A stretch of DNA of 6,758 nt from Amoeboradix gromovi X-113 (Eukaryota > Fungi > Sanchytriomycota). Location: assembly GCA_018985225.1 (NCBI GenBank), contig JADGIF010000551.1, positions 1 through 6,758 of the forward strand, read 5' to 3'. The notes beneath the pieces are model-generated. The model worked only from the letters and a program-made list of their open reading frames with translations. It ran no database searches and had not been told where the DNA came from. The position numbers and the translations under genes are program-made. This document shows, one piece after another, positions 1 to 6,269 of this stretch (position 1 is the stretch's first letter; every line of letters starts with the position of its first letter).

Positions 1-278
1 CGAGATGCAGGGTCTTCTACTTTTATTTTGAAGAGGGAATACAATCAATAAAAGAAGAAGGGCTTTATTAATGATAGCATTTCCTCCTTAGGGAGCACCT
101 TCTTTAAAAACGGGTTAGTCTAGTTTTTATATTTGGTATCCCATTGGAATTCTAACATGAAGTAACAAGCTTTATCGGATTTTGACATAGAGCTACTCTT
201 TCTTCGTTACCGCAATCTTGCTTGTTAGATTTATTGACAAGGTGAAATTTTGGCTGAAACAACAATATTCGCAAGATA

Positions 279-1630
279 ATGCTGTTGGAATATAACGGTA
301 AAGAGATAGATGTCGAGGTAAAAGATGATTGCATTTTAGCAAGTGATCTCAAACAATTAGGAATCAGTGCATATGACAACGGCTACGTTAACACTGCAGT
401 TTGCAAATCCAGTATTTGCTTTATTGATGGTGAGCAAGGAATTCTAAGATATCGTGGGTATGATATTGAAGAGCTAGCTGAAAAATCCAACTTTCTGGAG
501 GTATCATATCTGTTAATTTTTGGCGAACTGCCATCAATAAAGGAATACCAAAACTGGCAAAGCCGGATTATGCGTCATACATATATTCATGAAAACATGA
601 TAGATTATCTTAAATCATTCAGATTCGATTCGCATCCAATGGGTATGATTGTCTCTTCTCTAGCGGCACTATCGACTTTTCATCCAGAAGCTTCTACTGA
701 CTTACAAGGTGAGGATATATACAATCATGAAAAAACTGTTTTAAAGCAGATTTTTCGCATTCTGGGTAAGCTGCCTACTTTAGCTGCTTGTGCGTATCGC
801 CATCGAATCGGTCGCAATTATAATTATCCTCGAAATGACTTAGGATACACGGAAAACTTTTTATATATGTTGGATAGATTAAATGAGGACGATTATACTC
901 CTAATCCAGTTCTTAGTAAGGCTCTAGATGTCATATTGATGTTACACGCAGATCACGAGTTAAATTGTTCTACAGCTGCTATGCGAATGGTTTCCTCAAC
1001 TCATGTCGATCCGTTTACCAGCATGAGTGCTGCCGCTAGTGCTCTTTATGGTCCCAGTCATGGTGGTGCCAATGAGGCTGCTTTGCGAATGCTAGAAGAA
1101 ATCGGCTCTATTGAGAACATTCCAGACTTTATCGAGCAAGTTAAACAAAAAAAGCGTAGATTGATGGGCTTTGGTCATCGTGTTTACAAATCTTATGACC
1201 CAAGGGCTAAAATCCTTAAAAAAGTGGCTGACCAAGTCTTCCAAGTCATGGGACAGAGTGAGCTGATTAAAGTAGCAATGGAACTGGAGAGAATAGCACT
1301 GGAAGACGAGTATTTTAAAAAGCGTAACTTATATCCAAACGTTGATTTTTATAGCGGAATCATATACAAAGCCATGGGATTCCCAACAGAGTATTCATTA
1401 ATTCATGTAGTATGTTTCCTGTCTTATTCTGCCTAGGCAGGGCACCTGGGTGGTTAGCCCATTGGTGCGAGCAATTAAAAGAACTTGATATGTACAGACC
1501 TTCACACGTTTACGTTGGGGAAAACCGGGAATATACAGATATCAATAACAGAGAAAACGATGGTTTCGGATTAAAATACAAAAAGGCTACAGAGTCCAGT
1601 AATATAAGAAAGAAACACACAAGTAAATAG
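279..1630 (+). CDS. Citrate synthase, plant/Dictyostelium peroxisomal-like (bacterial-related) type; two exons join(279..1390,1411..1630), 443 aa
   Basis: Motifs FIDGEQGILRYRGY, LHADHELNCST, LYGPSHGGANE (catalytic His), MGFGHRVYK (catalytic His) and YPNVDFYSG (catalytic Asp) are present. Removing 1391-1410 joins ORFs 279..1436 and 1412..1630 into ...AMGFPTDMFPVLFCLGRAPGWLAHW...YRPSHVYVG, the canonical C-terminus. Spliced length is 1332 nt, divisible by 3, ending in TAG. Confidence 0.96.
1391..1410 (+). other. Ultra-short spliceosomal intron, 20 nt, phase 2 (GTATTCATTAATTCATGTAG)
   Basis: GT...AG ends, AT-rich. Excision makes GA|T (Asp) and restores both the frame and the conserved GFPTDMFPVLF motif with no extra residues. 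Confidence 0.9.
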
Positions 1631-1656
1631 GTTTACTAAATTTATTATTCAGTTAC

Positions 1657-2529
1657 TTAAAAGCTGTATGGCGGTACAGCGAAGAACACTGCTAGTATCA
1701 CAATGGAACAAGAGAAGCTTTTAATTTTAATCATTTTAGATCTTTTGCTCTGATATTGACATGCATAATCGTCATCTACAGACATTAAACCGGTATAACC
1801 ACCAGTGTTAACCTGCTTTCTATCTGAAAAAGCAACGCAGAATTTGTTCTTCCACTGGAAATAGCCAAGAAAGGCAGTTAAGATAGACGGGTAACACAAG
1901 AAACGATAATATTGAACAAGATTTAAACCGATGAAAAGTACGAGCAAAGCAATTGCAATAACGGAGGATGATACTGCAGTAATGAATCTAATTCTTTGGT
2001 GTTCTTTCCGTATATTGTGATCTAATGCTGCTTGCTTAAACTTCGGCAAATCGTTTTCAATAATCATTTTTCTAATGGAATACAAGACATCTAAAAAGAT
2101 ACTTGGATGAGTGTTGCCGGATTGAAAATCGCTGAGGCATGTATCCCGTTCCTTTGATCTCAAATTTAATTGTTTTTCACCTGTTGGTTTTATGTAGAGA
2201 TTTATTAGCTTCGAGCTAATATCACTTGTCCATTCCTTTAATTCTAGTTCATTCGTAGCTGCGCATTCGATTGTCAACAAACTAGGATCTGCAGGATATG
2301 CTAAAATGTCATCCTTAATATTTGATGATAATCCTATTTTTTCACAAGTGGTGTGATAGACTTCCAAAAATTTGTAAATTTCTAAATAAGCATTAGTGTT
2401 TTCGATAGTGAAGGCACTCTTGGCAAATTCCATCCATCTGTCACGTGTAATTGGTTCTTTTGTCATGCCGGAGAGAATATTCTTCAATAACTCTTTGTCG
2501 CTCAGCAAAGATTTTCGTGCTAGAGACAT
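1657..2529 (-). CDS. RGS-domain membrane protein, Rax1-like (N-terminal RGS fold plus three C-terminal hydrophobic segments), 290 aa
   Basis: RGS-type segments LKNILSGMTKEPITRDRWMEFAKSAFTIENTNAYLEI, LINLYIKPTGEKQLNL and HPSIF...MIIENDLPKF. These are followed by hydrophobic helices (FITAVSSSVIAIALLVLFIGL; RFLCYPSILTAFLGYF; SFSCSIVILAVFFAVP). The layout, including the terminal F..VP, matches fungal Rax1 as I recall it. Confidence 0.75.
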   Translation of the reverse strand: MSLARKSLLSDKELLKNILSGMTKEPITRDRWMEFAKSAFTIENTNAYLEIYKFLEVYHTTCEKIGLSSNIKDDILAYPADPSLLTIECAATNELELKEWTSDISSKLINLYIKPTGEKQLNLRSKERDTCLSDFQSGNTHPSIFLDVLYSIRKMIIENDLPKFKQAALDHNIRKEHQRIRFITAVSSSVIAIALLVLFIGLNLVQYYRFLCYPSILTAFLGYFQWKNKFCVAFSDRKQVNTGGYTGLMSVDDDYACQYQSKRSKMIKIKSFSCSIVILAVFFAVPPYSF

Positions 2530-2806
2530 TAGTGGCTTTTGAAAGTGGATAATAACATTTAAGTATCGACTAGCATAAATTGAAGGATGTGAATTTTGTA
2601 AGTGGCTTAATTTTAAGAATTTTTAGAAATTACAAGATGTTTTTCACTCAATATGTCTCAAATTGAGCATTTTAATTAAAAAAATAGTTTATATCATCAC
2701 CAGCGTAAAACTGACCATGCGCATCCAAATTAAATAGGATGAGACGTGGTCATCTGCTTCGGGGACGTCAAAATAAATAAAAAATGATTTCAACTTCTTC
2801 AAACAG

Positions 2807-3283
2807 ATGTTTTGTTTATTTTTGATTTTATTCAACGCAGAAGTGTTAGATTGGGATGTCAATTATACAAAAACAATTCCAAGTGCGTTAAAGTCCAGCT
2901 GGTGCGCAAGACAAGTAACTAACTGCAAGGTGGTATGCTACACTACAGACCAGCCGGAACCGGTTCAGAATACCTGTGATTCAGATACTTTGAATTACAA
3001 GTGCGTATGTGGAGACAGTGTAGAACCTAAGTTGGATATGTTTAGTGACACAATTCCATATTTTGAATGCACAGAAGTACTTAGTAGATGTCAGCAAAAT
3101 TGCGGTGGGAAGACAAACGAGCAGACTTGTAAGTCAAATTGTATGAACATATATCAGTGTGCTACTACAGCTCCCAACTCTGCAGATAGAGTTCCTCTTA
3201 GTGGCAAGAAATCTGTTCAATTGGACGGTGCAGTTGTTAATAACCTCGATTTAAAACTGCTATATTTGCTGGTTCTACACTAA
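2807..3283 (+). CDS. Small secreted cysteine-rich fungal cell-surface/cell-wall protein (WC..Q...C...C / NTCD..TL.Y.CVC / TIPYF.C family, DUF7707-like), 158 aa, possibly GPI-anchored
   Basis: Hydrophobic N-terminus MFCLFLILFNA. Cys-rich core SWCARQVTNCKVVC...NTCDSDTLNYKCVCGD...TIPYFECTEVLSRCQQNCGG...CKSNC, resembling a conserved fungal anchored cell-wall family. Short hydrophobic tail LLYLLVLH. The family name is from memory, not from a search. Confidence 0.75.
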   Translation: MFCLFLILFNAEVLDWDVNYTKTIPSALKSSWCARQVTNCKVVCYTTDQPEPVQNTCDSDTLNYKCVCGDSVEPKLDMFSDTIPYFECTEVLSRCQQNCGGKTNEQTCKSNCMNIYQCATTAPNSADRVPLSGKKSVQLDGAVVNNLDLKLLYLLVLH

Positions 3284-3301
3284 TAGCGTTAGTAAATTAT
3301 C

Positions 3302-3309
3302 TGACGTCA
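3302..3309. promoter_or_regulatory. Perfect CRE/ATF-type bZIP palindrome TGACGTCA upstream of the chitin deacetylase
   Basis: Exact 8-mer match in the short intergenic region 3284-3440. Function is not shown. Confidence 0.35.
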
Positions 3310-3363
3310 TTCTACCATCATTGCAACTTTGCCATTGAACCAAATGTGGATATTGAGGCGAAA

Positions 3364-3372
3364 ATGAGTCAT
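3364..3372. promoter_or_regulatory. AP-1/Gcn4-type bZIP site ATGAGTCAT
   Basis: Exact match to the optimal Gcn4 site ATGA(C/G)TCAT, about 70 nt upstream of the probable ATG at 3441. Confidence 0.35.
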
Positions 3373-3440
3373 GTGATGATCTAAAAATGAAAGGGGTTAC
3401 CCATATTCATTAAATGAATGCGGCTCCGTGCTTATTGCAA

Positions 3441-4524
3441 ATGATACTAAGCCTACTGGTCGTATTTGTTTTTGCTCAAGATGGAAGGTGCGGTCCTCAG
3501 TTTGGAAATACTCAGTGTGCGAACGGAAACTGCTGCTCAACTTATGGATGGTGTGGAGAATCTACCGATCATTGTGCAGCACCAGGATGCGCATCTCAAT
3601 GTACTTCTGGTTCACCTGGACCAAGCAATCTCCCATCTGAGACTTCAGTAGACAGTCCACCAAATATATCTACTCGACCTGATGGAAGGTGTGGCCCACA
3701 ATTCGGAAACGCTCAATGCGATGGTGGCTGCTGCTCAGCGTATGGATGGTGCGGCACATCCCCTGGTCATTGTGCAGCACCAGGATGTGCATCTCAGTGT
3801 ACCTCTGGCACACCTTCACCAAGTCCTTCAGGTACTTCTATTCCATCTGGAACACCCCCTCCTAGTTCAAACAATTGGCCATTGCAAACAAGCCCAGCAA
3901 CAAGTTGTATCCAACCAAAGACAGTTGCCCTTTCATTTGATGACGTAATGAAGACTAATTTAGGGACCACAAACGGGACTAACTGAGCAAGTAATTGCAG
4001 CTGCAAAATTGCAGAATGTCCCTGTCACATTCTTTGAAATAGGTGCAAACGTTCAAGCCAATCCAGAGATTTCTGCTGCTGTAAATAACAATGGATTCGT
4101 TATTGGGGACCACACTCAGACGCATCCAAGTGCAATCGGATTATCCGATGAGCAGATCGGTCAGGAGGCTAATCTTGCAGCTAATGCGATTCAGAGTGCA
4201 ACAGGAAGAAACCCTAGGTTTTTGAGACCTCCATACGGTGATTACACCGCTTCAGCACTGTCTGTGTGGTACAATTTGGGGTATTATGTAGTAACATGGT
4301 CAATTGATTCGAATGATTGGAGAGATCCTACTAATACAGCAGCCGCTTTAAATAACATTCAAACCCAACTAGCTGCGGATACTAATAGCGGTCATATTGT
4401 ATTATGCCATGACTTCGCTCAAGCATGTATCAACGGGTTTTCAGAAATTGTGCAGCTTTTCAAGAACAATGGATATACGTTTGTTACCATGGAGCAATGC
4501 TTGGGTATAGCGCCGTACAAATAA
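3441..4524 (+). CDS. Secreted chitin deacetylase (CE4/NodB) with two N-terminal CBM18 hevein domains; join(3441..3944,3964..4524), 354 aa (alternative in-frame start at 3414)
   Basis: Signal peptide MILSLLVVFVFA-Q, two 8-Cys hevein repeats (CG....CCS.YGWCG....HC) and Ser/Pro/Thr linkers. After splicing, all five CE4 motifs are present: SFDDGP, HTQTHP, RPPYG, DSNDW, GHIVLCHD. Spliced length is 1065 nt, ending in TAA. Confidence 0.95.
3480..3800 (+). repeat. Internal duplication of the CBM18 module (copy 1 3480-3602, copy 2 3681-3800)
   Basis: DGRCGPQFGNTQCANGNCCSTYGWCGESTDHCAAPGCASQC vs DGRCGPQFGNAQCDGGCCSAYGWCGTSPGHCAAPGCASQC. Shared nucleotide blocks include GATGGAAGGTG and TCATTGTGCAGCACCAGGATG. 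Confidence 0.93.
3945..3963 (+). other. Ultra-short spliceosomal intron, 19 nt, phase 0 (GTAATGAAGACTAATTTAG)
   Basis: GT...AG ends with a fungal-type branch motif ACTAAT (3954-3959). Excision joins SFDD to GPQTGLTEQVI and puts the sequence in frame with the ORF-track 4009..4524 frame. Confidence 0.93.
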
Positions 4525-4758
4525 ATAGATTCAATACTAACTACACTTCATTCATTAATTGTCGGATCCATTTCTGCTGTACAGTGGCTTTTGTATCGTT
4601 TGACAGATTTGACAAAAAACAATGTGGAAAATACCAGACAATCCTAGAGCACATCCCGAGAGTAGAAAATACCTTCTACATCCAGGTTCGGCCTCTTACG
4701 CAAAAGAGTTCTAAAAAATAGCAGTGCCTAAGAGACAAGATGCTCAGTAGTTATGTAG

Positions 4759-5150
4759 TGTCTACCCGTTGCATGTCTATCATATAATCTTAGTGAGCAA
4801 AGTATGCTGGGATACGGACCATTCACACTATTATTTGCGAAAGACGTAGAAATACTAAAGAACATAAAAACAAATACAGCGTATATATTCAAGCTAAGAG
4901 ACACTGCGAGGATGCAGGCCATCCTGAATAGGAAGAGCCGAGCAGAGGATATAAATGATGCAAGACTAAACAATGACATCGAGGCTGGTGAAAGAGTGCT
5001 TATCAGGACAATAAATCCCAGTAAACTAGAAAACAGAGTTGATGAGAAGTTTTTACAGTAATTGCACAAGATGCCAACAAAAGCTTTGAGCTACAGGAAG
5101 AGAATGGTCAAGTCTTTCGAAGATCAAGAAATGATATTTACAAGCAATAA
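4759..5150 (+). mobile_element. Degenerate Ty3/gypsy-type LTR retrotransposon integrase C-terminal region (pseudogene relic)
   Basis: Frame from 4759 reads CLPVACLSYNLSEQSMLGYGPFTLLFAK (cf. LPxAxFAYNxxxHSxTGxSPFxLLFGR) ... EAGERVLIRTINPSKLENRVDE (cf. GDxVL....KL). After a 1-nt shift near 5050 it continues FTVIAQDANKSFELQEENGQVFRRSRNDIYKQ* (stop 5148-5150). Upstream frame has stops, with a weak HPGSASYA/KRV trace at about 4679-4710. Confidence 0.7.
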
Positions 5151-5184
5151 ATAATGCTTAAATAAATGACAAATGTATTCATTC

Positions 5185-5244
5185 AAAAAATCAGTCAAAA
5201 ACTACTTAAAAGTAGTCAAAAGTATTCCAAAAGATAGTCAAAAA
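5185..5244. repeat. Imperfect ~10-11 bp periodic repeat with six phased A-tracts; AGTCAAAA at 5193, 5214 and 5236
   Basis: AAAAAATCAGTCAAAAACTACTTAAAAGTAGTCAAAAGTATTCCAAAAGATAGTCAAAAA; A-runs start at 5185, 5197, 5208, 5218, 5229 and 5240. Confidence 0.65.
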
Positions 5245-6184
5245 CATTGCTTTTCCGACTTTGTGTGGGACCTTTCATTAGGCTCTTTTGCTCTCAACTC
5301 CTATTCAGATATTGAAACTAACTCTTCAGTTTCTGCACCAAGCTATTGGCTCTTCCTTTTAGACTCTCCACTTCTGTGCATACTTGCAAGTTTAAATCAC
5401 AGATTTGACAGTCTTTTTTAATTGGAGCACAATTCTTCTTATTAAGTTATGGTAATATCAAGTGTTTTTGGACATCTTCTGCAGTAATAATCAGTTTTGA
5501 GCACTCTGCGTATTTAAACAGCTGCTTGATACTTAGGTTTTTCTAATACTGACAAACGAGCTAGTTGTCGTTGTCAACTAGGATCTTAAGCAATCTAATA
5601 TCTTTATTTTATATTTGAATATAAAAAGATTTAATTCCTTGTATTTCAAAAAGTTGTTTTTCTTGTCAAACTTAAATAAATTGTCGATTGATCTTCCTAA
5701 ATGTATCACTGTGCCATAGAGAGATTTTAATTTCACAATGGTATCATGCTCTCTGTTTTTAAATCATCGATTTTCTCAAGAATGTGTATTGTATCAATTT
5801 AGATAAAAGTAGAAAGTCAGCAGATAGTACCAAATCATCAACTTCTGGCTTATCAATTCAAGAGATTTCAGACAATTTGAACTCTAAACCCCATTTGATT
5901 AACATACAGACATAATAATTAGATTTCAAGATCACTTGATTCATTCCATTTTTATTTAAGAAAATTAAAATTTGGAAATCCGAATCATGTCTAGTTATTG
6001 TAGTGTATGTCCCACATGTCTATTATGAAAAATTGATTCAGGGGCTGGCAATTGCGTAGAAGAATTGTTATAAGCCCAAACTCCTGAGAAGATTTTCTAG
6101 ACATCTTCAACAACGAAGTATGACCTATACCTGTAACTTTTTCTGAATTATCTTTTATGTTTCTGAATTAGGCTCTACCCAACC

Positions 6185-6206
6185 GATGTAGTTGTCAAAC
6201 TACATC
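6185..6206. repeat. Perfect 9-bp inverted repeat GATGTAGTT-gtca-AACTACATC flanked by AACC direct repeats
   Basis: Read directly from the sequence; AACC at 6181-6184 and 6207-6210. Confidence 0.6.
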
Positions 6207-6269
6207 AACCGTGACTTCTATTTGATAGCTTGAAAACTGCGTATCTACCAATGATTGCTTTTTATCTCT

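Noticed and set aside
3-71. Open plus frame RCRVFYFYFEEGIQSIKEEGLY* at the window edge, a possible 3' end of an upstream gene
   Set aside because: Only 22 codons with no recognisable motif; it cannot be distinguished from chance without flanking sequence.
152-379. 75-aa minus ORF
   Set aside because: Antisense overlap with the citrate synthase start; no recognisable features.
1389-1436. Programmed frameshift or pseudogenisation as the explanation for the split citrate synthase (and likewise the deacetylase at 3945-4009)
   Set aside because: A frameshift would leave 6-7 extra residues inside conserved motifs; GT-AG excision restores the exact spacing in both genes.
1622-1660. Cryptic PTS1 via TAG readthrough or a further intron (1623-1652)
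   Set aside because: Readthrough gives SK-X-VY*, and the splice gives HTIT*; neither produces a terminal SKL-type signal.
2271-2290. TTGTCAAC(AAAC)TAGGATCT resembles 5571-5586
   Set aside because: Short gapped match inside a coding region; plausible by chance.
3428-4006. ORFs 3428..3640, 3466..3651, 3682..3948 (+) and 3794..4006 (-)
   Set aside because: Alternative-frame or antisense shadows of the CBM18 and linker coding sequence.
4009-4524. Stand-alone bacterial-style polysaccharide deacetylase starting at TTG
   Set aside because: It lacks motif 1 and is simply part of exon 2 of the spliced gene.
279-4524. Alternative genetic code (stop reassignment as in ciliates, given the tiny introns)
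   Set aside because: All four genes translate cleanly with the standard code and end at TAG or TAA at the expected positions.
5049-5055. G TTT TTA as a programmed -1 slippery site in the integrase tail
   Set aside because: The element is riddled with stops and shifts; a simple 1-nt deletion is more parsimonious.
4425-5069. ORFs 4425..4721 (+) and 4728..5069 (-) as genes
   Set aside because: The first overlaps the deacetylase out of frame with no motif; the second is the antisense shadow of the integrase relic.
5151-6269. LTR, polypurine tract, tRNA/rRNA gene or CRISPR array; also the 82-aa ORF 5173..5421
   Set aside because: No purine tract followed by TG...CA, no long repeat pair, no cloverleaf and no repeat-spacer pattern is visible; the ORF is low-complexity and spans the A-tract repeat.
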